Shown piece by piece: positions 10,748-18,796 of a stretch of DNA of 64,000 bases. The notes beneath the pieces are model-generated. The model was given only the letters and a program-made list of their open reading frames with translations, searched no databases and was not told the DNA's origin. Where the stretch lies: contig CAJARJ010000015.1 of the NCBI GenBank assembly GCA_903944345.1, forward strand, positions 70,433 to 134,432, in the 5' to 3' direction. The translations under genes and the position numbers were made by a program. Every line of letters starts with the position of its first letter. Position 1 is the first letter of the stretch. Source of the stretch: Candidatus Omnitrophota bacterium (GTDB lineage Bacteria > Omnitrophota > Gorgyraeia > Zapsychrales > Fredricksoniimonadaceae).

Positions 10748-11314
10748 CTATTCTTTCCCGGATTCCATCTCGTCGATCATCTTTATCATTTCATTCTTGA
10801 TTCTTTTTCGCTGAACAGAAGTAAACGGGGCAATCTTGAACAACTCATTGAACATAAGGCCGTCCGAAGCCAACGCAACCACCGCTGCACGCTCAAAAGG
10901 CAGGCCAGATGCCTGCAGTTGATCAAAATAATCTTTATACCCCTGACGAACGGGATCCAGCAAATCCAGCGCCTCGGCCGTAGCCACCAGCAAGGAAAGC
11001 CTCATTCTTTCTTTTCTGGCGTTGCAATCCAGCACGGAGGCAACCCCTGCTTTCAGGAAACGCCCCTTCCCCTCGGGAAAATTCTTCAAATTATTTTCCC
11101 TCTCCTGAAAGAACTCCTTGACCATGCGATTGAGCATGGCCTTTAAAAGATCCGCTTTGCCCGGAAAGTGATATAAAAGCCCGCCCTTGCTGATTCCGGC
11201 TTTCTTTGCCACCACATCCAGAGACATATGTGCTGCCCCGACCTCCATCACCACAAACTCGGCTGCATCGAGAATCAGATCTTTACAATTGCCTTTGGAA
11301 TCAGGATGTTTCAT
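10748..11314 (-). CDS. TetR-family regulator of the RND operon
   Basis: VAKKAGISKGGLLYHFPGK HTH. Confidence 0.93.
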   Translation of the reverse strand: MKHPDSKGNCKDLILDAAEFVVMEVGAAHMSLDVVAKKAGISKGGLLYHFPGKADLLKAMLNRMVKEFFQERENNLKNFPEGKGRFLKAGVASVLDCNARKERMRLSLLVATAEALDLLDPVRQGYKDYFDQLQASGLPFERAAVVALASDGLMFNELFKIAPFTSVQRKRIKNEMIKMIDEMESGKE

Positions 11315-11355
11315 TCTGCCCCTTTGCAAACAGATTAATCTGTAAAACTCCGAAT

Positions 11356-11379
11356 ACTATACCGTCCGGACGGTATAGT
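11356..11379. promoter_or_regulatory. TetR operator overlapping promoter
   Basis: Perfect 24-bp palindrome ACTATACCGTCCGGACGGTATAGT directly beside minus-strand TTGACA. Confidence 0.85.
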
Positions 11380-11414
11380 TGTCAAGTCCCTGCCAGAACT
11401 CTCCATCCTGGCTA

Positions 11415-11455
11415 CAAACAAAATGCCGCCGGAAGCATAAACCTCCGACGGCATT
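11415..11455 (-). terminator. Intrinsic terminator after CoA-disulfide reductase
   Basis: Minus strand AATGCCGTCGGA...TCCGGCGGCATT followed by TTGTTTGT. Confidence 0.65.
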
Positions 11456-11483
11456 CCCCCTTGCACTCAATTTCTTTACGGCT

Positions 11484-13148
11484 CTAGAACGGCCACATGA
11501 CCAGTCCGCCATCCATCACCTTGACATTCGTAAACCCCTCTCCCTGGAGAATCATGGCGGCTTCATAACCCCGCAGCGATATTTTGCAAAAGGCTACGAT
11601 CTGCCTGTTCCGGGGCAGCTCAGCCCAACGCTGACGCAAACCTCCCAAAGGGATATTGACCACCGGGCCCAGCGTAAAAGGCATGGCTGCAACCTCTGCT
11701 GGCGAGCGAACATCCAGAAAAAGAATATTATCGCCGCGCTCAAGGCTCTCTTTGATCTCAACCGGAGTAATCCCCTCAAAAACACCGTCTATCTTGTTTC
11801 GTACAATATCACATGCGGTAATAATATTATCCATCGCCGGAGAATATGGCGGAGCATAGGCCAGATCCAGATGCGCCACATCGTCAACCGTCATCCGTGC
11901 GGTAATCGCTGTAGCGGCCACATCGACCCGCTTGTCTCCTTCTCCCGGGCCCACAACCTGCAAGCCAAGCAGTCGACGCGATTTTCTGTCGGCTATAACC
12001 TTGAGCATGATCGTCTTTGCCGCAGGATAATAATGCGCCTTGTCGGGAGCAGAACTCAACGCGGTAACAACCTCAAAACCCGCTTTGCGCGCCTGTTCCT
12101 CGCTCAATCCCGTACGGGCAACTGTATAATCAAAAACCTTGATCACAGCCGTTCCAAGGACCCCGGGGAAAACGTCATCTCCCCCGCAGACATTGACTGC
12201 CGCCACACGCCCCTGCTTGTTTGCGGTAGACCCCAACGGGACATAGCAGGGTTCTCCGCTGACAAGCTCTACTGCCTGTACGCAATCCCCTGCCGCATAA
12301 ATGTCCGGATCACTGGTCTGCATGTGTGCCGAAACTTTTATGCCTCCGGTCTTACCGATCTCAAGGCCAGCGTCTTTGGCCAGAAAAACATTGGGCCTGA
12401 CCCCGACCGCAACAATAACCATGTCACAAGGGATGTCCCCCTGATCGGTTTTGACTATCTGCGCGCTCCCGCTTCCTTCGAAAGACTGAACGGCAGTTGA
12501 GCAGCGGACCTTGACCCCTTTTGACTCCAGATGCCTGATCACATGCGCTACAAGCTCAGGGTCCATCATAGGTAAAATCGCAGGCAGCCTTTCGACTACC
12601 GTAATCCTGGCCCCATGCCGTGCCAGGGCCTCGGTCATCTCGATACCAATCAGTCCGCCTCCAACAATCACTACATCCCGGGCCTTGTTCTGCGCAACCG
12701 CTTCACGAATAGCTTCGGCGTCCTCAATTTTCTGCACCGAAAAAACATTGCTGAAGTCCATACCCGGTATTGGCGGCCTGACCGGATATGCTCCGGTTGC
12801 CAAAACCAGCTTGTCATACGCCAGTAACTGCTCTTGTCCGGACTTCAAATCACGAATCCGGATTGTCTTCTGCTGACGATCAATTCCAAGGGCTTCCGTT
12901 CGGTTAAGCACTCGCATGTTCTTGACATTCTGGAAAAATACCGGATCACGCACAACGCCTACAGGCGTACACATAAGTTCTTTCTGTTCCTTGACTTCTC
13001 CGGCAACGTAATAAGGAAGACCGCAACCGGCATATGACAGAAACTCGCCTTTCTCGACCAGTGTCACCTGTGCATCAGGCGCCAAACGACTGATCTTGGC
13101 TCCCGTCTTGGGGCCAGCCGCAACTCCTCCGATAATAACAACTTTCAT
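11484..13148 (-). CDS. CoA-disulfide/persulfide reductase with C-terminal rhodanese domain (Npsr-like)
   Basis: IIGGVAAG FAD motif, SYAGCGLPY catalytic Cys, DLAYAPPYS, rhodanese DVR...FCKISLRG. Confidence 0.92.
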   Translation of the reverse strand: MKVVIIGGVAAGPKTGAKISRLAPDAQVTLVEKGEFLSYAGCGLPYYVAGEVKEQKELMCTPVGVVRDPVFFQNVKNMRVLNRTEALGIDRQQKTIRIRDLKSGQEQLLAYDKLVLATGAYPVRPPIPGMDFSNVFSVQKIEDAEAIREAVAQNKARDVVIVGGGLIGIEMTEALARHGARITVVERLPAILPMMDPELVAHVIRHLESKGVKVRCSTAVQSFEGSGSAQIVKTDQGDIPCDMVIVAVGVRPNVFLAKDAGLEIGKTGGIKVSAHMQTSDPDIYAAGDCVQAVELVSGEPCYVPLGSTANKQGRVAAVNVCGGDDVFPGVLGTAVIKVFDYTVARTGLSEEQARKAGFEVVTALSSAPDKAHYYPAAKTIMLKVIADRKSRRLLGLQVVGPGEGDKRVDVAATAITARMTVDDVAHLDLAYAPPYSPAMDNIITACDIVRNKIDGVFEGITPVEIKESLERGDNILFLDVRSPAEVAAMPFTLGPVVNIPLGGLRQRWAELPRNRQIVAFCKISLRGYEAAMILQGEGFTNVKVMDGGLVMWPF

Positions 13149-13165
13149 CTGCTCTCCTTTGTATT

Positions 13166-14179
13166 TCAATTTCTTGCTGGAGAAACCTCCGGCACCCCGG
13201 ATTCGCCAAAGACCCGATCAGTCAGCCGGACATACCATGCCGCAGACTGCACCTGCACGATATAAGCAAAACAAATCACCAAGGCGGCATCCGTACCATG
13301 CGCCCCGAATGAATTCATGGCAATCGCCAAAGCAATTGACAGATTACGCATAACAGTTCCATAAACAAAAGCAATGGCATCCTTTCTTGAAAAATATTTT
13401 CTGGCCAACAGGGTACTAATCATATAATTCAATACATACAGCAGAATCACAGGAATCAGTATTGTAACAATTTCACCGGGATGCCCCCAGATAGCCCTGG
13501 CTTTGAGTGCAATCGCAATAAAGATGACACCAAGCACCCCTGCCGTTGACAAGGATGACAGCGATGGCACAATTCTCGTTTTAAAAAGCTCCGCGCCTTT
13601 CTTTCTCAGCAAATACTGCCGCGTCAACTGCCCCAACAGCATGGGAAGAAAAACAACCAGCATAATCTGCTTTATAATGTCCGGCACATTGACAGCAATA
13701 TCGGCTCCCAACAACCACTTGATATAAACAGGTGTCAGAAAGGAACCCGCGGTCAGCCCAATCACGGTCATCTTGACCGCCGCTTCAACATTGCCTTTTG
13801 CAAATCCTGTCCAGGAAATAGTCATCCCGCTGGTAGGCAAAAGTCCCGCCAGCAAGAATCCCAGAACATAGTATGCCTGTGCGCCGAAAAACACTTTACC
13901 TATAAGAAGAGCAACAAAAGGAAGCAGGGCAAAATTAAGAATCTGAGCCGCGATCTGCAGACGCAAATCTCCGATAGCCAGAACTTTCTGCATATTCAGA
14001 TTAACCATCATCGGATAGACCATTAATATGGTCATCGGGATAATGCCTGCCTTAAGGACAGAAGATTCAAAAACGTTCCCCCATACAAAACCAATCAACA
14101 TAACCACAGGAATCGCCATAACCAGTCGCTTGGTAACCCACATCAACACATTTTCAATTTTACAAATAATATTACCCAT
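13166..14179 (-). CDS. Acr3/bile-acid:sodium symporter (BART) family transporter
   Basis: MVYPMM, LLPTSGMTISWTGFAKGN, MRNLSIALAIA; about 10 TM segments. Confidence 0.85.
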   Translation of the reverse strand: MGNIICKIENVLMWVTKRLVMAIPVVMLIGFVWGNVFESSVLKAGIIPMTILMVYPMMVNLNMQKVLAIGDLRLQIAAQILNFALLPFVALLIGKVFFGAQAYYVLGFLLAGLLPTSGMTISWTGFAKGNVEAAVKMTVIGLTAGSFLTPVYIKWLLGADIAVNVPDIIKQIMLVVFLPMLLGQLTRQYLLRKKGAELFKTRIVPSLSSLSTAGVLGVIFIAIALKARAIWGHPGEIVTILIPVILLYVLNYMISTLLARKYFSRKDAIAFVYGTVMRNLSIALAIAMNSFGAHGTDAALVICFAYIVQVQSAAWYVRLTDRVFGESGVPEVSPARN

Positions 14180-14249
14180 CAGACTTCTCCTTAGCCCCGA
14201 ACTTCTGCTTTAGACAAACGTTTCCTGTTAGAATGTCATCCTTAATTAC

Positions 14250-14288
14250 TGGCATATGCCAATAATAGCTTATAAAAAAACTTGTCAA
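14250..14288 (-). promoter_or_regulatory. Sigma70-like promoter with TGGCATATGCCA operator
   Basis: Perfect 12-bp palindrome 14250-14261, TATTAT and TTGACA on minus strand. Confidence 0.65.
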
Positions 14289-14306
14289 GCCCTGGCTCAA
14301 ACAAGT

Positions 14307-15029
14307 TTAGACCCGCTCACCAACATCCATCACATCTCCCTCTCGCAAGCAAATATAATTGTCCCCGTAGACGCGCCCGAACTCCTCGACAGCAAAGCCT
14401 CCCGTGCAGTGCAAGGGAGCGACAGACAAAACCCCGAAACCCGCCAGGCATTCAATGATCGCCCGGATCTCATGCTGATCCATATCCTTCAAATGAAAAC
14501 CGCCAACAATAACACCTATATCATCACCGAAATTACTTCTTACTGCCCGCAGAATATCGGCCAGACAAGGATGCGCGCACCCGGTCACAACTCCAAGCGA
14601 CAGATTGTCCCGGATAACCAGCGACTGTTCGTACAAAACCCCCCGCGGCGAATGACCTGTCAATTCCCCTGTTGTATAAACCCCCTCACGAATCAAGACC
14701 GGCTCCGGCGTTTCGACAAGCTTGACCCCGTATGAACGAATCCGATCCTTCAGATCCTGATTAAAATGCGGCCCGACATAAACCGCCAGATTCTTGTACG
14801 TCTCAATCACCGGCCAAAGCCCGGCAATATGATCCCAATCATCATGTGAGATGACCACATGCCGCACTCTGGAGAGATCAATCCGGAACTTGCGCACGTT
14901 GTGCATAAAAACATCACCATCCCCGAATGTATCAAAAAGAACATCCTCACCAATCAAGAATGAAATCCCCCAGCGCCTGGCCATGCGTTGCTCTTTGGTC
15001 GATCCTTCTGCAATCAGGGTAACTTTCAT
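14307..15029 (-). CDS. MBL-fold metallo-hydrolase
   Basis: LFDT, SHDDWDHIAG, TGCAHP, GGFHL, PLHCTG. Confidence 0.9.
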   Translation of the reverse strand: MKVTLIAEGSTKEQRMARRWGISFLIGEDVLFDTFGDGDVFMHNVRKFRIDLSRVRHVVISHDDWDHIAGLWPVIETYKNLAVYVGPHFNQDLKDRIRSYGVKLVETPEPVLIREGVYTTGELTGHSPRGVLYEQSLVIRDNLSLGVVTGCAHPCLADILRAVRSNFGDDIGVIVGGFHLKDMDQHEIRAIIECLAGFGVLSVAPLHCTGGFAVEEFGRVYGDNYICLREGDVMDVGERV

Positions 15030-15916
15030 ACGGCCTCTTTGTTTCTTTCAGATGCCCCGGTTACAATCTGACTCAGATTTTGCCAGACATCAGCAACAGC
15101 CGATTTAACCACCTCAGCAGCCCCTTCCATAACCGTCTTGCCCGACACAACACAGTCAACAACGGACCGGTCAAAAGGCACCCGTCCTGCAATAGCCACC
15201 CCATTGTCCAGGCAATATCTCTCGATCGTTTCTGTTACTGCGGGATTGATGTCCCACTTGTTCACCGCAAGCAAAACAGGAATCCTGAAATGTTTCCCCA
15301 GGTCGATCACCCGCGCCGCATCGTGCAAACCCGAACAGGTGGGCTCGCTTACCAGTAAAACCGCATCAACACCTGACAAAGACGCCATAACCGGACACCC
15401 GATCCCTGGCGGACCGTCGATAATAACCCAATCCCTTTTCCCGGCTATCGCGAGTTCTTTGCCCCGCTGCCGGATTCGGGCCACCAGTTTTCCCGAGTTC
15501 TCCTCGCCGGCACCCAGGCGCGCATGCACCATGGTTCCAAAACGTGTCCTGGAAACAAACCATTCTCCACACATATTCTCTGCCATCCTGATAGCCTGTA
15601 CGGGACAAAGCCTCGCACACAACCCGCACCCTTCGCACGCCCCTGGATCAACCTGCAAGTCTTTTGTTATCGCTCCAAACCGGCAAACCTCAAAACAACG
15701 GGCACAGCGGACACAAGCTCCCGAATCAATACACGCTTTATGTCCACTTCGAAACTCATGACGCTCTATAATCTCGGGTTCCAAAAGAAGATGCAGATCC
15801 GCCGCATCGACATCGCAATCAACCAGAAGCTTGTTATCCACAAATGCGGCCAGAGCGCCAGTCATCACAGTCTTTCCCGTGCCACCTTTCCCGCTAAGAA
15901 CAACGATCTGTTTCAT
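15026..15916 (-). CDS. MinD-superfamily P-loop ATPase with inserted 2x[4Fe-4S] ferredoxin domain
   Basis: SGKGGTGKT, DCDVDAADL, CVRCARC..C and CEGCGLC..C, DGPPGIGCP. Confidence 0.92.
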   Translation of the reverse strand: MKQIVVLSGKGGTGKTVMTGALAAFVDNKLLVDCDVDAADLHLLLEPEIIERHEFRSGHKACIDSGACVRCARCFEVCRFGAITKDLQVDPGACEGCGLCARLCPVQAIRMAENMCGEWFVSRTRFGTMVHARLGAGEENSGKLVARIRQRGKELAIAGKRDWVIIDGPPGIGCPVMASLSGVDAVLLVSEPTCSGLHDAARVIDLGKHFRIPVLLAVNKWDINPAVTETIERYCLDNGVAIAGRVPFDRSVVDCVVSGKTVMEGAAEVVKSAVADVWQNLSQIVTGASERNKEAV

Positions 15917-16760
15917 CTTTCACCCTGAGGATATTCTTATATAGCTCATGAAACAGCCCGGCCATAGCCAAAGACTTGTCGACAAGCGTTTCACCACCTG
16001 AATAACACACCGCAATCTCACGAGCAAATGGAATCCTGGCCAAAACCGGAATATGTTCTACGCGGCAATAATTCTCGACAGCATCGTTTCCCAACCCTGC
16101 CCGATTAATGACGACCCCAAACGGAATCTTCATCTGACGCACAACAGCAACGGCCAGCACAAGATCATGCAAGCCAAACGGTGTCGGCTCGGTAACCATA
16201 AGACAAAAGTCAACGCCTCTGATTGCTGCAACAACCGGACAGGATGTTCCCGGCGGGGCGTCAATAATTGTAAGCCCCCGTGAATCAGCGAGCTCCTTCA
16301 CCCGCCGGATAAGAACCGGCGAGAGAACCTCGCCAACATTCATCTTGCCGTGTGCAAAGGAAACAGACCCCCGTGTTCCTTTCTGGATTATTCCGATACT
16401 CCTGCGGTTCTCATGAATGGCACCTGTCGGACACAACAGGCTGCAGGCACCGCAAGCATGACATAGATGAGGAAAAACAAGCGGCTGAGGATTTTTGTCA
16501 ATGCCTGGAATAACAGCAATGGCATGATAGGCACAAACCCGGGCACATTCGCCGCAGCCTGTACAGCGACTGACATCGACCTCCGGCACCGGAACTGTAA
16601 CGGGGGTTTCTTCCCGCCATTCCGGCTTGAGGAACAAATGCGCATTAGGCTCCTCGACATCGCAGTCCAGCAAGCAAACAGAACCCGCCACCAGTGCCAG
16701 ATTCACCGCCACAGTTGTTTTTCCAGTCCCGCCCTTGCCGCTGGCCACAGCAATAATCAT
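15894..16760 (-). CDS. MinD-superfamily P-loop ATPase with ferredoxin domain (paralog)
   Basis: SGKGGTGKTT, DCDVEEPN, CTGCGEC and CHACGAC, DAPPGTSCP. Confidence 0.92.
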   Translation of the reverse strand: MIIAVASGKGGTGKTTVAVNLALVAGSVCLLDCDVEEPNAHLFLKPEWREETPVTVPVPEVDVSRCTGCGECARVCAYHAIAVIPGIDKNPQPLVFPHLCHACGACSLLCPTGAIHENRRSIGIIQKGTRGSVSFAHGKMNVGEVLSPVLIRRVKELADSRGLTIIDAPPGTSCPVVAAIRGVDFCLMVTEPTPFGLHDLVLAVAVVRQMKIPFGVVINRAGLGNDAVENYCRVEHIPVLARIPFAREIAVCYSGGETLVDKSLAMAGLFHELYKNILRVKDETDRCS

Positions 16761-17125
16761 CGCCCGGGCACCGGCTTCGACCTGGCATCTTCTGCTTGCG
16801 CCCGCTGAAGCTTACCGGATCGGTAAGCCTCCGCCGCGTCTTTAACCGTTCCTGCCGAACCAATGAAAATCTCCACCCCGGCCGCATTTAGTACCCCGAA
16901 TGCATTCGGCCCAACATGCCCGGTGATCACAGCCGTCACCCCTTTTGAGGCAACCAGCTGTGCCGACTGAATCCCCGCGCCCCCTGAGGTTTCGATATTC
17001 GGATTGGAGACAGCCTCAATCGCACCGGACTCAAGATCAAAAATAACAAAAGTCTGACATCGTCCAAACCTCGGGTCAACCTGCGAGCCGAGTTCGGCAC
17101 CTGAAGCTGTAATACATACTTTCAT
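16757..17125 (-). CDS. NifB/NifX-family (FeMo-co-binding fold) protein
   Basis: DPRFGRC, GAGIQSAQ, ITGHVGPNAF. Confidence 0.9.
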   Translation of the reverse strand: MKVCITASGAELGSQVDPRFGRCQTFVIFDLESGAIEAVSNPNIETSGGAGIQSAQLVASKGVTAVITGHVGPNAFGVLNAAGVEIFIGSAGTVKDAAEAYRSGKLQRAQAEDARSKPVPGR

Positions 17126-17144
17126 CCTAACCTCTTTTCGACGA

Positions 17145-17528
17145 TTAATGCTGACATGAATGTCCGCCCTCACCATGCCCTTTGCAAGGCTCAATGCCTC
17201 CAAGTTCATTCTTAAGGAGGGCGTCAAGACCTGCCCGGACTTTTCCTTCGAAACCAAAAATTTTGACCCCTTTCATGGCAAACTTCTGCTGTGCCCCCAT
17301 CCCCATTCCTCCCGCGATCACATGAGTGATATCATGACTGACAATGGCATCAACTGCCTTACACCCGCCACCACCATGCTGCTCCGGATTTGGCACTATC
17401 CTCGACCCGGCCAGAGTCTTGCCGTCCGCAGCAATATCCACAATCAAAAAACTCGGACAATGCCCGAAATGCGCCGACACCATTCCATCCAAACCCTGTT
17501 CATCTTCCAGCACAACTCCTATTCGCAT
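17145..17528 (-). CDS. NifB/NifX-family protein with His/Cys-rich tail
   Basis: SAHFGHCP, IAGGMG, C-terminal CKGHGEGGHSCQH. Confidence 0.88.
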   Translation of the reverse strand: MRIGVVLEDEQGLDGMVSAHFGHCPSFLIVDIAADGKTLAGSRIVPNPEQHGGGGCKAVDAIVSHDITHVIAGGMGMGAQQKFAMKGVKIFGFEGKVRAGLDALLKNELGGIEPCKGHGEGGHSCQH

Positions 17529-17567
17529 ACTCGCCTCTTTCTTTCCCTGATAACACATTGAAGTAGA

Positions 17568-17582
17568 TGGAAACAATTTCCA
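17568..17582. promoter_or_regulatory. Fur-family operator (internal)
   Basis: TGGAAAC-A-ATTTCCA 7-1-7, matches copy at 18091. Confidence 0.75.
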
Positions 17583-17600
17583 TTAACTATTTAAAAAAAA

Positions 17601-18077
17601 CTAAGGCTGATCCCTCAGACAATCCTTGCACACGCCATAAAACTGGATCATATGATTATCAATCCTGAAATTATACTTTTGCGACAGCCCCTTTTCTGTC
17701 CGGCGCAAAAGCTCCAATTCATCGTCGATAAAATCGGTATAATCGATCACCCTTTTGCATTCCGTGCAAACCAGATGATGATGGTGATGCTCACCCTTGG
17801 GGCCTTGCGTCAGCTCATAACGGGATTTACCGTCGCCGAAGTCGAACCTGGAAACAAGTCCCGCCTGAGCCAGCATATCCAGCGTTCGATAAATCGTTGT
17901 CAGGCCAACGTTGGGGAAACGCGCATGTATACGGGAATAAACATCCTCGGCGCTTAAATGGTCATGCGTGGCTGCCAGAGTGTCAATGATGGCCTCGCGT
18001 CCAGCCGTAATTCTGTAACCACAATCCTTGACCTTGCCATGCCACCATTGCGAACCACATCTTTTTTGACAAGGCAT
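17601..18077 (-). CDS. Fur-family transcriptional regulator
   Basis: HLSAEDVY, GLTTIYRTL, HHHHHLVCTEC, GVCKDC. Confidence 0.95.
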   Translation of the reverse strand: MPCQKRCGSQWWHGKVKDCGYRITAGREAIIDTLAATHDHLSAEDVYSRIHARFPNVGLTTIYRTLDMLAQAGLVSRFDFGDGKSRYELTQGPKGEHHHHHLVCTECKRVIDYTDFIDDELELLRRTEKGLSQKYNFRIDNHMIQFYGVCKDCLRDQP

Positions 18078-18090
18078 ACATTCTCCTTAA

Positions 18091-18134
18091 TGGAAACAGT
18101 TTCCAATAATAACCGGACACGCTATTTTTGTCAA
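18091..18134 (-). promoter_or_regulatory. Promoter with Fur-family operator
   Basis: TTGACA (18134-18129) 17 bp TATTAT (18111-18106), then perfect 7-1-7 TGGAAAC-A-GTTTCCA (18091-18105). Confidence 0.8.
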
Positions 18135-18175
18135 TCAAAGAATAGAACCGGCATTCTCCTTTTGCGGCTACGCCA

Positions 18176-18796
18176 TCACACTTTTGCTGTCACCAGAAAT
18201 ATCCCGAAAATACGTTCGGCCCCGTTACCTGCGGGCCTGGTAACTCTGGCAGCTGAAGAAAAGCTGATCTCACTAAAGCCCGCCTCCTGCAAAACAACTG
18301 TCAGCTTCTCGTGCTTAAAACCATGATGAAAGACTCCTGTATTATCGGCATGAAACAACCCGTCTTCTTCATCCAGATCGGCCAGAGCAATCCTTCCTCC
18401 CGGCCGCAAAACTGCCTTGAACTGCGCCAAAAGCCTGGCAATATCCTGGATATGATGCAAAGTCATGCTGCTGACAACAAGATCGTAGACCCCCTCAAGT
18501 TGCTCCCCTTTGGTCAGGTCAGCCTGGACGGCTTCAAGATTCCCGATACCTGACAAACGGGCTTTCTCCCTGAGAACCGCCAGCATGCCTTCTGAACTGT
18601 CCAGCGCAGTTATCGTGCGCACAAAGGGTGCTACCAGAAGCGAAACCAGACCTGTCCCGCACCCGAAGTCCAGGACATCCATGTGCGGCCCGGGGCTGAC
18701 CCGCTGTAAAACAGCCGCAGCAATATCCCGGGCCAGACTGATTCGCATCGGAGTATCCCAGGCTGCCGCTTCCTTGTCAAAATTTCGTGTCTCCAT
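18176..18796 (-). CDS. Class I SAM-dependent methyltransferase
   Basis: VLDFGCGTG, DSSEGML, MTLHHI, LRPGG. Confidence 0.92.
   Translation of the reverse strand: METRNFDKEAAAWDTPMRISLARDIAAAVLQRVSPGPHMDVLDFGCGTGLVSLLVAPFVRTITALDSSEGMLAVLREKARLSGIGNLEAVQADLTKGEQLEGVYDLVVSSMTLHHIQDIARLLAQFKAVLRPGGRIALADLDEEDGLFHADNTGVFHHGFKHEKLTVVLQEAGFSEISFSSAARVTRPAGNGAERIFGIFLVTAKV

Noticed and set aside
16757-17528. Nitrogen fixation suggested by NifB/NifX-family genes
   Set aside because: No nifHDKEN in the window; this fold is common in non-diazotrophs
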